DNA of 61,124 nucleotides, the filler included. It is 5 parts of 5 records of this genome, joined end to end, with 100 filler letters (N's around TTAATTAATTAA, not from the genome) between each part and the next. Parts side by side here need not be neighbours in the genome. Positions count along the whole stretch, not along the records: positions 17,231 to 21,974 come from SRR20825010_1055; positions 22,075 to 46,519 come from SRR20825010_1059; 3 more parts are not named here. One strand, 5' to 3'. Positions 19,641 through 29,028 of this stretch are shown piece after piece. The first letter of the stretch is position 1. Every line of letters begins with the position of its first letter. The notes below the pieces were generated by a model. The model worked only from the letters and a program-made list of their open reading frames with translations. It was not told where the DNA came from and searched no databases. The translations under genes were made by a program, and so were the position numbers.

Positions 19641-19722
19641 GTATCGGCCTCCCAACCCTTTGTTTGCAACGATACATGCAGGCAGGTAAGTCGCAAAGGG
19701 GGATGAAAGTACCGGTTCAGCC

Positions 19723-20910
19723 TTAGCTGTTCTTGGCCAATTCGCGGGCCTGAGCCACCCATTCGTCACGAGTCGCGCGTCCCTTGAACCCTTCAAGGTT
19801 GTCGTCGACCCAAGCCAATTCCTTGTCCGTCCACGCCGCAACCTGATCGAAGTGATAGAACCCCAGTGAGTTCAGGAGCTTTTCAAGTTTTGGCCCGACA
19901 CCCTTGATCTTCTTGAGATCATCCGCCTTGCCGTCGCGCGCAGCGTCTAGGCCTGCAGGCTTGTCCACGGATGCAGCATCGGCGTCGGCACTATCGGTCT
20001 TTGGGGCCTCGTACCGCCAAATGCCCTTGCGGGCGGCCAGATCCGCCTGCCCTTCCAGCCGAGTCGTCGGCTGGATCAGCGCATTCTGAACTTCGACCGG
20101 CGCTTCGGCGATCCTTTCCGGCACCGGTTCTGGCTTGGCATCCTCGGGAACATCGGCCTCGGGTGCCTTGGGTTGCTCACGTTTCTGATCACGGGTGCCG
20201 GACTGGTCATTCCACGGAGCGGACAGTGGAACCTCTGTCCCGTCGATCCGCTTGACCGTCTCACCAATGTCATGCGCAAACTGCGCGCTGGCGTTCAGCT
20301 TGATCGAGCCGTTGACGAAATCGGTCAGCGAGGTGATCCCGGATTTGGGCTCCGATGCAAAGCGACCGTTCTGCGGACCCGCCTGCGGCACTTCTCCTCG
20401 GGCCAGCGCGTCCAGCAGCTCTCCCAGCTTTTCGGCGGTCAGATCCTCAAAGTAATCCTTGCCGATCTGCGCCATGGGCGCGTTGGCGCAGGCACCAAGG
20501 CATTCGACTTCTTCCCAACTGAACTTACCATCCGCTGACAGCACATGCGGCTTGGCGGCGATCTTATCGCGGCACACCGCGATCAGATCCTCGGCACCGC
20601 AAATCATGCACGACGTCGTGCCGCAAATCTGAATATGGGCAATGGACCCAACGGGTTGCAGCTGGAACATGAAGTAGAAACTGGCCACTTCAAGCGCCCG
20701 GATATAGGCCATGCCCAGCATGTCGGCGACATATTCGATTGCCGGACGGGTCAGCCAACCCTCTTGTTCCTGCGCACGCCACAACAGCGGGATGATCGCG
20801 CTGGCCTGACGTCCGGCGGGATATTTGGTGATCTGCTCATGCGCCCATTCCAGATTGGCGGGGGCAAAGGCAAAACTCTCGGGTTGCTCGGGGTGCAGTC
20901 GGCGCAGCAT
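19723..20910 (-). CDS. nuoE: NADH-quinone oxidoreductase subunit E with long C-terminal extension
   Basis: [20 protein letters not shown] and [10 protein letters not shown] 2Fe-2S ligands. Confidence 0.96.
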   Translation of the reverse strand: MLRRLHPEQPESFAFAPANLEWAHEQITKYPAGRQASAIIPLLWRAQEQEGWLTRPAIEYVADMLGMAYIRALEVASFYFMFQLQPVGSIAHIQICGTTSCMICGAEDLIAVCRDKIAAKPHVLSADGKFSWEEVECLGACANAPMAQIGKDYFEDLTAEKLGELLDALARGEVPQAGPQNGRFASEPKSGITSLTDFVNGSIKLNASAQFAHDIGETVKRIDGTEVPLSAPWNDQSGTRDQKREQPKAPEADVPEDAKPEPVPERIAEAPVEVQNALIQPTTRLEGQADLAARKGIWRYEAPKTDSADADAASVDKPAGLDAARDGKADDLKKIKGVGPKLEKLLNSLGFYHFDQVAAWTDKELAWVDDNLEGFKGRATRDEWVAQARELAKNS

Positions 20911-21002
20911 GACTTTCGGCTTTCCGTCTAACGTCGGGCGCCGCCGGGCGGCACCCCCTTGGGTTACAACTGTTCGTCTCCGGTCCCGCGGGACCGATCA
21001 CA

Positions 21003-21308
21003 TCAGGTGGCGGCAGCGGCAGGCGCGGCGGCCGGGGCACAGGCGCCGGTCTTGATCCGGACACCGCCGTTCGACAGAGTGACCGCCTCTTCCTGCTCAA
21101 CCTTGTATTGAGCGATGGTCACCAGCTTTTCACGCGGCATTCCGGTTTGCAGTTCGACCGGTAGATAGTCTCTTTCATCCGCCAGATCACAGCCGATCGA
21201 AGCCACGGCAGCGTCAAAAGACAACAGATCTTCCTCTGTCACACCCTCTGGCAAGATACAGCCCGCAACCAGCACAGCCGCAATCAGGGCAAACGCGTTC
21301 TTCTTCAT
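21003..21308 (-). CDS. Hypothetical lipoprotein
   Basis: MKKNAFALIAAVLVAG-C lipobox; co-oriented within the nuo operon. Confidence 0.75.
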   Translation of the reverse strand: MKKNAFALIAAVLVAGCILPEGVTEEDLLSFDAAVASIGCDLADERDYLPVELQTGMPREKLVTIAQYKVEQEEAVTLSNGGVRIKTGACAPAAAPAAAAT

Positions 21309-21362
21309 TCAGGTGTCCCTCACGTCACATTGCCGTTCCCGCGGCATCATACCCTACCCGGC

Positions 21363-21923
21363 TTACGGGCAGCCCACCAGCCGCGCCATCCCGGCATCAC
21401 GGTCAACAACGACCTGACCGTTCTTGACCAGCATTTCGGCAGCATCTTCGGCGATTTCACCGATTTCTTCGATACCATCCGGCGACAAAGGCCCCGTGTA
21501 TCCGTTCATCGTGACCAAATTTCCGACCACCACGCTTTCAAAATGGTCTCCGCTATCGTGGAAGTTCAGGACGCAGTTGACGTCCTTGAGCGCCTGGATC
21601 ACCGCGGGCATCAGCGTTTCAATGGGCATCCGCTCCAGCGCTTCGATAAAGTCGCCTTCATCAGAGATCTTTGCCATCCGCGCTTTGGCCGCTTTGGCCG
21701 CCGCTTCAGGGCCAAGGACAGGCACGCATGTTTCCAAAAAGAGATAAGCGTCGTCCGGTCCCTCATCGAGTTCGCAGTAGAACGTGTGGCGGCCACTTTC
21801 GATGATCAGGCCGTCGTCGATGACGCCCTTGATCTCATAGCTGAAAGTTTCATTAAACTCCGGCAAGTCCTGCGCAAATGCAGGTGCCGCGATCAGTGAA
21901 AGCAAGGCCAGCCACGGTCTCAT
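21363..21923 (-). CDS. Hypothetical secreted protein
   Basis: Signal peptide MRPWLALLSLIAAPAFA; ATGA overlap with nuoD stop. Confidence 0.75.
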   Translation of the reverse strand: MRPWLALLSLIAAPAFAQDLPEFNETFSYEIKGVIDDGLIIESGRHTFYCELDEGPDDAYLFLETCVPVLGPEAAAKAAKARMAKISDEGDFIEALERMPIETLMPAVIQALKDVNCVLNFHDSGDHFESVVVGNLVTMNGYTGPLSPDGIEEIGEIAEDAAEMLVKNGQVVVDRDAGMARLVGCP

Positions 21924-21974
21924 CTGTCGATCTCCCCGAACACAACGTCCATCGTGCCGATGATCGCCGCCACA
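21920..21974 (-). CDS. nuoD: NADH-quinone oxidoreductase subunit D, C-terminal fragment
   Basis: Manual translation VAAIIGTMDVVFGEIDR*. Confidence 0.9.
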
Positions 21975-22074
21975 NNNNNNNNNNNNNNNNNNNNNNNNNN
22001 NNNNNNNNNNNNNNNNNNTTAATTAATTAANNNNNNNNNNNNNNNNNNNNNNNNNNNNNNNNNNNNNNNNNNNN
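21975..22074. other. Artificial contig linker
   Basis: N44-TTAATTAATTAA-N44. Confidence 0.98.
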
Positions 22075-22577
22075 GCGCGCAATTCATGGCGCAAAACATG
22101 GTTTTCACGCCGTAACCGCATCCGGTCAAGGCAGCGCGCCACCGCATTCAAAATCTGGTTGGATCGAAACGGTTTAAGGACAAAATCAACCGCACCGGCA
22201 CGCAATGCCTTGATCGCGGTATCCAGATCGGCATAGGCCGTCATCAGGATGGCATCGGAAAAAAAGCCGATCTCGCGCTGCTCGGTCAGCCACTCAACCC
22301 CCGACTTGCCCGGCATGATGTTATCAAGGATCACGACATCGAAATGATGCTGATCCAGAAGCTTGGTCGCTTCTTCGCAATCGGCGGCTTCTTCCACCCG
22401 CTTGGCGCGCGGCCCCAATGTACGGACAAGGAAATTGCGCATGCCCGGTTCGTCATCGACGATCAGGATCGATGCTTTCTCCAGCCACGGGCCGAATTCC
22501 GGGCCCGGCTTGCCATCCGGTTGCGATGCAGGTGATGGTGCAACCAGATCCGGCGCCCCCATTGCAATCGATCTCAT
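22075..22577 (-). CDS. NtrC-type response regulator, receiver part (3' truncated)
   Basis: ILIVDDEPG, VILDNIMPG, MTAYAD, GAVDFVLKPF, then LRRENHVLRHEL linker; GGAGGA RBS before ATG 22577. Confidence 0.85.
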
Positions 22578-23291
22578 TGATATTCCTCCGCCAATCATCC
22601 CGGTCATTTTGTTTTTATTTTTTCGAAGATTAGATCAGCAGAAGATGAAAAGCAAAATATGTGATTGCGGTAAATATCCCTGCTCATACGCTCGGTTGTA
22701 ATCGACGGCCTATCAAAGTTGAAGGCTCTGCTCTCAGGACGTGGAGCATCCGTAGTCAATTTCCGTAACGGATTTTGTTCTCCGACAAACGGTTTTACAT
22801 GGCGGAGCATCGCGGCATGCCAGAGAACCATACTGCAGGGCTTGATACTCCACACCTAAACGGAATCGCTCACAAAAAAACGGCTTAAAACGTGGCAGTT
22901 AACTTCGTCTCCGGCTCAGGACGAGCACAGTGGATGCGTCTTTTCTTAGTCGGCCCGATTATTTGTTCGCATCTTTGTTGATTGAATCATCCCGTTGAGA
23001 CCAAAGGAAAGATCGCCCCCAGGTTCCGGAACATGCGTTTCTCTTCAGCCTTTCACATGTCGCAGTTGTGAATCCTACTCATAAAATCTCTCGAAACAAT
23101 TCCTTTGTATAGGTACAATTCAATAATCGACCTGCTATAGACAGAAATCCAAATCGAATTGGAACGCAATTCCGCAGAAACAAGCGGAAATTCAACAATT
23201 AGAATCAAAGAGATCAACTGGTTGGGGTCACTATACAGGCGGTAGCAAGCGGGTCATAAACCGCGTAGCTGCGTCATGGACAAGACCTAAT

Positions 23292-24722
23292 TTGGGGGCG
23301 ACCAGAGTGCTTGCGCATAGCAGAAGCCACGTGCTTCTCAGGGATTTTATGGCGATTGGCGATATTGCAGTGCTGCTGCTTGCGGCATTGCTTGCGTCTT
23401 GGTTGCGTTTTGATGCAATCCTGCCGCCAGATCACCTTCTGCTACCAACATTTGCAACACCACTTTTTTATCTGGCTGCAATGATGGTTTTGCGCGGTTA
23501 TATAACACTCGATCCCCAAACGCTTCAGATGGGGCTTTTGCGTGTGATCGCCGCCCTTTCGATTGCATTTTCAATCCTGTTGGCGATTGCCTATTTCTCC
23601 AAGATTTCCGATGAATTCTCCCGCCTTTGGACTGCATATTTTGCTTTGGCGGGTTTGATATCGATTATCACCCTTCGGATATGCAGCTTCGGAATTTTAC
23701 GCGCCCTTGGCAAACAGGATATATTCCGTCCGACGATTGCGATTATCGGGTCACTGCCGACCCCGTATATAATCGAAACACTTGAGTCCCGGGTTATGGC
23801 GCACCGCTATCGTATCATCCATCGCTGCCTGATCAGGAAGGATGAAACCACAGCAGCCGCGCTGCAAGGCTGCCTTGCCAAATTGCGCCGAGCTGGGCCA
23901 GACATGATCATATTGGCGCTCTCGGAAACGGATAAAGTACGTTTTGCCAACGAGCTTGACGATATTGATGCCATATCCGCCGAAATACTCGAAATCGGAG
24001 ACTTTTCGAGCCGTCAGCCTGCCGATACAGAGGGAAATGCCACTTTGGATCCCGGAAGCGAATGGATCGTAATGGCTGGCCTTCCCTTCATTCGCCGTGC
24101 GGTTCGCCCATTCGGGTTACGGGGGTGGTGGATCAAACGGGTCGAGGATATCGTGATCGGATCGATTGCGATCATTATCGCCGCACCAATTATGCTTGTC
24201 GTGGCGTTTCTTGTGAAAGTCACCAGCCCCGGCCCGATGTGTTACATACAACTCCGCCATGGATTTAACGGTGAACCAATCCGGGTACTTAAATTCCGGT
24301 CAATGTATGCTGACGGCTGCACTACCGGAAACGCAGAAACGGTGCCGCAGGCAACACGCGACGACCTCCGGATCACCCCGATTGGCAAATTTATCCGCAA
24401 AACAAGTTTGGATGAATTACCGCAATTGTTTAATGTATTATGCGGGGATATGTCACTGGTTGGACCACGCCCGCATGCAACGCAGCACAATACCGCCTAT
24501 CGGACGCGAATTGACGGATATTTCGCCCGGCATCGTGTAAAGCCGGGGATCACAGGTTGGGCGCAAGTAAATGGCTGGCGCGGTGAAACAGACACCGACG
24601 AAAAGATGCAGCAACGTGTTTTACATGACATGTTCTACATTGCAAACTGGTCACCAATATTCGATATACGAGTTTTACTTTTGACCATTGCAACCTTTTT
24701 CACACAAAAAAATGCTCATTAA
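23292..24722 (+). CDS. Undecaprenyl-phosphate sugar phosphotransferase (WcaJ/GumD-like priming transferase)
   Basis: N-terminal TMs; KFRSM, RKTSLDELPQLFNVL.GDMSLVGPRP, KPGITGWAQVNG. Confidence 0.93.
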   Translation: MGATRVLAHSRSHVLLRDFMAIGDIAVLLLAALLASWLRFDAILPPDHLLLPTFATPLFYLAAMMVLRGYITLDPQTLQMGLLRVIAALSIAFSILLAIAYFSKISDEFSRLWTAYFALAGLISIITLRICSFGILRALGKQDIFRPTIAIIGSLPTPYIIETLESRVMAHRYRIIHRCLIRKDETTAAALQGCLAKLRRAGPDMIILALSETDKVRFANELDDIDAISAEILEIGDFSSRQPADTEGNATLDPGSEWIVMAGLPFIRRAVRPFGLRGWWIKRVEDIVIGSIAIIIAAPIMLVVAFLVKVTSPGPMCYIQLRHGFNGEPIRVLKFRSMYADGCTTGNAETVPQATRDDLRITPIGKFIRKTSLDELPQLFNVLCGDMSLVGPRPHATQHNTAYRTRIDGYFARHRVKPGITGWAQVNGWRGETDTDEKMQQRVLHDMFYIANWSPIFDIRVLLLTIATFFTQKNAH

Positions 24723-24750
24723 AAAATCTATTATGACAACCTCAAAAGGT

Positions 24751-24955
24751 ACTATCTTGTGAACTGGCGGGTCTTGTTATGGAGACGGTAAGCTTTGAGG
24801 TCAACCTTACCTTTGATACCTCCAAACCCGACGGAACTCCGCGCAAGCTCATGTCAGACGAAAAACTGCGTTCTATGGGCTGGAGACCAAAGATTGAGTT
24901 GCGGGATAGAATCGCGGCGACATACGAATGGGGGAAAATGAATCATGTCTTATGA
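24751..24955 (+). pseudogene. fcl: 3' remnant of GDP-L-fucose synthase
   Basis: Manual translation from 24761: ELAGLVMETVSFEVNLTFDTSKPDGTPRKLMSDEKLRSMGWRPKIELRDRIAATYEW; N-terminal Rossmann domain absent. Confidence 0.8.
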
Positions 24956-25733
24956 TGTGGTAGTACCTCGCTTTTCTGTTCTTGGCGTCCCTGTTAGCAT
25001 CCTGACCATGGAAAAATTGCTTGAAACGGTTTTTCTCTGGACGCGACAGGGCGAGTTCAGGACCGTTTTTGTACGCGATGTAGCCAGCCTTATGCTTGCT
25101 GTCAACGAGCCGCACTTGCGCGCCCTGCACGAGGCCGCCGACATGGTAACGCCCGACGGCATGCCACTCGTCTGTATCGGCAAGCTGCGCGGGCTTGGGC
25201 GTAAGATCGGACGCGTTTCGGGCGCTGATATCGTCGATGCGGTGTGCGCGGCTTCGCTGAAGACCGAACAGAGCCATTATTTTTATGGTGGGCAGGAAGA
25301 CGTTGCGCGCCAAATGGCCGCCAATCTGGCGCGCAAGTATCCGGGCCTTAAGATCGCAGGAACATTCTGCCCACCATGGAGGGAAATTGGTCCGGATTTT
25401 GAGCTGACTGATGAGATCCGAGCGGAACTCGATACTATCCGCGCAAGCAAGGTGGATTTCATTTGGGTGGGTCTCTCGAGCCCAAAGCAGGATTATTTTA
25501 TCATGAAGGCAGCACCCTATGTGGGAAGAAGTGTCTTCTTTGCCGTGGGTGCAGCTTTCGATTTTCATGCAGGAACTGTGAAACGTGCACCACGTTGGGT
25601 ACAGAGATGCGGTCTCGAATGGTTGCACCGCCTATTGAACGAACCGCGTAGATTGTGGCGGCGCTATCTGATACTGACACCAAAATTTATTTGGCTTGTC
25701 GCAATGGAAAGTTTTCGGAGATGCCGGACGTGA
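24945..25733 (+). CDS. WecB/TagA/CpsF-family glycosyltransferase
   Basis: PDGMPLV, RVSGAD, IWVGLSSPKQD, VGAAFDFHAG, GLEWLHRL..EPRRLWRRY. Confidence 0.94.
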   Translation: MSYDVVVPRFSVLGVPVSILTMEKLLETVFLWTRQGEFRTVFVRDVASLMLAVNEPHLRALHEAADMVTPDGMPLVCIGKLRGLGRKIGRVSGADIVDAVCAASLKTEQSHYFYGGQEDVARQMAANLARKYPGLKIAGTFCPPWREIGPDFELTDEIRAELDTIRASKVDFIWVGLSSPKQDYFIMKAAPYVGRSVFFAVGAAFDFHAGTVKRAPRWVQRCGLEWLHRLLNEPRRLWRRYLILTPKFIWLVAMESFRRCRT

Positions 25734-27034
25734 TCTCAGCAATGATGAAACTTCCGTGCAAAGTTCGCCACCTCGTCGCCCATCATCCTCATATCAATTG
25801 GACGTTTTTTGATCAGGCGGTTGTCAGCGGGGCGAATTTTTTGACCGCGATTATCATTACGCGCTTTCTGGGGTTGGAGGCTTTTGGCGTTTTCTCGCTC
25901 GCTTGGCTGATCGTGCTATTTGCGCAGAGTTTGCAGCAGGCGTTCATCCTTTCACCAATGCTGAGCATTGGGCCGAAACAACTGCTTAAAGATACACCTG
26001 ACTATTATGGATCGCTCCTAATCTTGCAAGCAGGGTTTGCTCTTCTGTCATCCGGTCTGGCGGGCTGTCTGGCGTTATTTGCAGGTGCCTGGATCGGCCT
26101 GGGAGAAGCTGGTGCGACGTTGGCTTTTCCTATGGTACTCGCTGTAGCGATGACACAGATGCACGAGTTTTTCCGCCGCGCTTGCTTCGCGCGCGGTGCC
26201 CCCGCTACTGCTCTGCGGATAGATGTGCTCCGCTACGGAGGCCAGATTACGGCCCTGCTTATTGTTTCTCTTGAGGCGAGTAGCTCTGTTGAAATCACGC
26301 TGTTGATCGCAGCGACGAGCGCGTTTCTTGGGAGTATAGGCTTAATTTCAGAGTTTTCGAAGCTGGTACAGCGATCGGATCTGATCACGGAGACTTTTCT
26401 TCGCCATTGGGAAATGGCGAAATGGCTGCTGCCTTCAGCACTCATGCAATGGACGAGTGGTCATTTCTTCACCTTAGCGGCAGGAGTATTGCTTGGGTCT
26501 ACAGCGGTGGGCGCTCTACGGTCAGCGCAGAATCTGATGGGTTTCACCCGTGTCGGCTTTGAGGCGCTGAACAATTGGGCTCCTGTCCGGGCTGCACACA
26601 TTTATAAAGAGCACGGTACAACGGGCCTACATAGCTTCATCAGAAGACTCATGCTTTTTACAGGCGGTGGAACGCTTTTCGCCGTCCTCGCGCTGGCGCT
26701 ACCGGCCCAGTTCTGGCTGCACCTTATCTATGGAATGGAATTCGCGAAATATGGTTGGGTCGTCGCTGGCTATGGCGCTGTTTATCTTTTAATGGCACTT
26801 GGATTCCCGTTACGCTATGGGCTCACCGCGCGTGAAAAGACCCGACCGGTTTTTGTAGCTTATTTGGTTGCAACAATATTTTCGCTGACGGGTGTCTATC
26901 CACTGATCTCCCTGTTCGGTCTTGCGGGAGCAGTAGCAGGAACAATCACATCTACTGCCATTGTAGTGGGGGTATACGCTTGGTGTTCCATGGTGGGAGA
27001 ACAGGGTGATGTAAGTCACAGAAAGGAGCCATAG
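25730..27034 (+). CDS. Oligosaccharide flippase (Wzx/MATE-like)
   Basis: DQAVVSGANF...RFLGLEAFG; multiple TM helices; GLAGAVAG near C-terminus; start approximate. Confidence 0.82.
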   Translation: MISAMMKLPCKVRHLVAHHPHINWTFFDQAVVSGANFLTAIIITRFLGLEAFGVFSLAWLIVLFAQSLQQAFILSPMLSIGPKQLLKDTPDYYGSLLILQAGFALLSSGLAGCLALFAGAWIGLGEAGATLAFPMVLAVAMTQMHEFFRRACFARGAPATALRIDVLRYGGQITALLIVSLEASSSVEITLLIAATSAFLGSIGLISEFSKLVQRSDLITETFLRHWEMAKWLLPSALMQWTSGHFFTLAAGVLLGSTAVGALRSAQNLMGFTRVGFEALNNWAPVRAAHIYKEHGTTGLHSFIRRLMLFTGGGTLFAVLALALPAQFWLHLIYGMEFAKYGWVVAGYGAVYLLMALGFPLRYGLTAREKTRPVFVAYLVATIFSLTGVYPLISLFGLAGAVAGTITSTAIVVGVYAWCSMVGEQGDVSHRKEP

Positions 27035-27036
27035 GA

Positions 27037-28575
27037 ATGTGTGGAATTCTGTTTATCCGCCAGAGCAGATCACTGGCCATATCCTCTGACAGATTTGAAC
27101 TAGCGCTTCAACGTCAATCGTGGCGCGGACCGGATGCGACAAGGATAACAGAACATGCTGATGGAAAGATTCTGATCGGACATAACCGGTTAGCGATTAT
27201 CGACCCACACCCGCGTTCTGATCAACCCATGCGCTCCCGCAACGGACGTTATGAAATCGTCTTTAACGGTGAAATATACAATCATTTAGAGTTGCGGCAG
27301 ACTTTTCACCTTGACTGCCAACATGGGTCGGATACAGAAACGCTCCTTGAGCTCTTCGTTCAAATGGGTCCTCAGGCTTTTGATCTTCTCGACGGCATGT
27401 TCGCTCTTGTCATCGCCGATCTTGAATCCGGACAATGGTGGGCAGCCAGAGACGGTAACGGTATCAAGCCTCTCTATTACGCTCATACGGCCGAAGCGAC
27501 CATCATCGCCTCGGAACCGGCAACAGTGCGGGTATTATACCCTTCGTCACCAGATAACGACTCTCTCTCTGAATTGCGGCTGGTGCGTCGGCCTGTGCCA
27601 AGCTTTTCCTTCTTCGAGGGAATCCGGGAGTTGCTCCCGGGGCACATGCTGACCGATGAAGGAATATCGCGTTTTAAATCATCCGATGGTAAGCCGCATC
27701 CTGAAGCTTTCAATCAGGGCAGATTAGAGTCTCTTCTGCGCCGTTCGGTACATGCCCATGAAATGAGCGACGTACCCATCGTTTCTATGCTCAGCGGGGG
27801 AATAGACAGCGGATTAATAACCGCTATTTCCAGCGTAGAGAAAGCTTATTGCGTTGGCCTTGCGGAAAACAATGAAAGCGAGGCAGCAGGCCGAACCGCG
27901 CAGGAGGCAGGAAAAACCCTGCACAATGTGATGGTGACACAGCAGGAAATGGTTGAAACATGGAAAGAACTGACGGCGTTAAGGGGCGAACCACTCAGCG
28001 TTCCCAATGAGGGCCTCATCTATCTGTGCTGCAAAGCGATGGCTCCTGCCGAGAAGGTGGTCCTGACCGGCGAAGGTGCCGACGAATTATTCTTCGGCTA
28101 TGATAGAATTTTTCGCTGGGCGTCAGGAGCTGAATGGGAGGGGGCGGAGGCCTTCCTGCATCGTTATGGTTATGATGAGACCGTCAAGCCGACCTCCCGA
28201 TTGCTTGAATATGTGGAAGACCTGAAATCAGGAAAAACGGTTCTCGAATTTCTCGAAGATTTTTTCCTTCAGTTCCATTTGCCCGGGTTGCTACGGCGGA
28301 TGGATTTTGCCTCTATGGCCGCCTCGAAAGAGGCGCGGGTTCCCTTCGTATCCCGCGAACTGATAAAGTACATGTATCGTCGGGAAACCAGGATAAAGCT
28401 TAGCACCAACCATTCAAAACAACCTTTGCGATATATTTGCGAAAGGCTCGGTCTCCACTCCACCTTGCAGGTTCCGAAGATCGGGTTCAGTGCTACGCCG
28501 TCCAGTATTCACACCCGACATCAAGAGTATCGACAATTCTACGATCTATGCCTAGGAGAGCTGAAATGGTTATAG
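27037..28575 (+). CDS. asnB: Asparagine synthase-like glutamine amidotransferase
   Basis: MCGI N-terminus, HNRLAIID, FNGEIYN, LSGGIDS, LTGEGADELFFGY. Confidence 0.92.
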   Translation: MCGILFIRQSRSLAISSDRFELALQRQSWRGPDATRITEHADGKILIGHNRLAIIDPHPRSDQPMRSRNGRYEIVFNGEIYNHLELRQTFHLDCQHGSDTETLLELFVQMGPQAFDLLDGMFALVIADLESGQWWAARDGNGIKPLYYAHTAEATIIASEPATVRVLYPSSPDNDSLSELRLVRRPVPSFSFFEGIRELLPGHMLTDEGISRFKSSDGKPHPEAFNQGRLESLLRRSVHAHEMSDVPIVSMLSGGIDSGLITAISSVEKAYCVGLAENNESEAAGRTAQEAGKTLHNVMVTQQEMVETWKELTALRGEPLSVPNEGLIYLCCKAMAPAEKVVLTGEGADELFFGYDRIFRWASGAEWEGAEAFLHRYGYDETVKPTSRLLEYVEDLKSGKTVLEFLEDFFLQFHLPGLLRRMDFASMAASKEARVPFVSRELIKYMYRRETRIKLSTNHSKQPLRYICERLGLHSTLQVPKIGFSATPSSIHTRHQEYRQFYDLCLGELKWL

Positions 28576-29027
28576 GATATACAACAGGTGTTTTTGACCT
28601 TTTTCATGTCGGTCATGTCAACATTCTCAGGAACGCCAAACAGCTCTGTGACAGACTTATAGTGGGCGTCAGCGTCGATGAACTGGTGCGTTATAAAAGT
28701 AAGTCGCCGGTCATTCCTTTCGAGGAAAGGATAGAAATCGTGCGTGCCTGCCGCTATGTAGATATTGCGGTTGCTCAGGAAACAATGGACAAACTTGATG
28801 CATATCACCGGTACAGGTTTAATATCCTGTTTGTCGGTGATGATTGGTACAAGAATGAAAAATGGGAAAGACTCGAGGAGGAGTTCAAGGAATTCAGTGT
28901 AAGAATAATATATTTCCCATATACTAAAACAACATCATCAACCCTAGTTAATCAAACATTGCTGCGTTTGCGTGCAGAGGCTGAATACTCTGCTAAGGAT
29001 TTGACGGCCCAAGCACAAGAGAAATGA
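28566..29027 (+). CDS. tagD: Glycerol-3-phosphate cytidylyltransferase-like
   Basis: TTGVFDLFHVGH, VGDDW, YFPYTKTTSST. Confidence 0.88.
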   Translation: MVIGYTTGVFDLFHVGHVNILRNAKQLCDRLIVGVSVDELVRYKSKSPVIPFEERIEIVRACRYVDIAVAQETMDKLDAYHRYRFNILFVGDDWYKNEKWERLEEEFKEFSVRIIYFPYTKTTSSTLVNQTLLRLRAEAEYSAKDLTAQAQEK

Positions 29028-29028
29028 T

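Noticed and set aside
22604-22855. 83-aa minus-strand ORF upstream of the response regulator
   Set aside because: No RBS or recognisable motif; probably non-coding intergenic DNA
23160-23176. TGGAACGCAATTCCGC as a sigma-54 promoter for the EPS operon
   Set aside because: GG-to-GC spacing is 11 nt rather than the required 10
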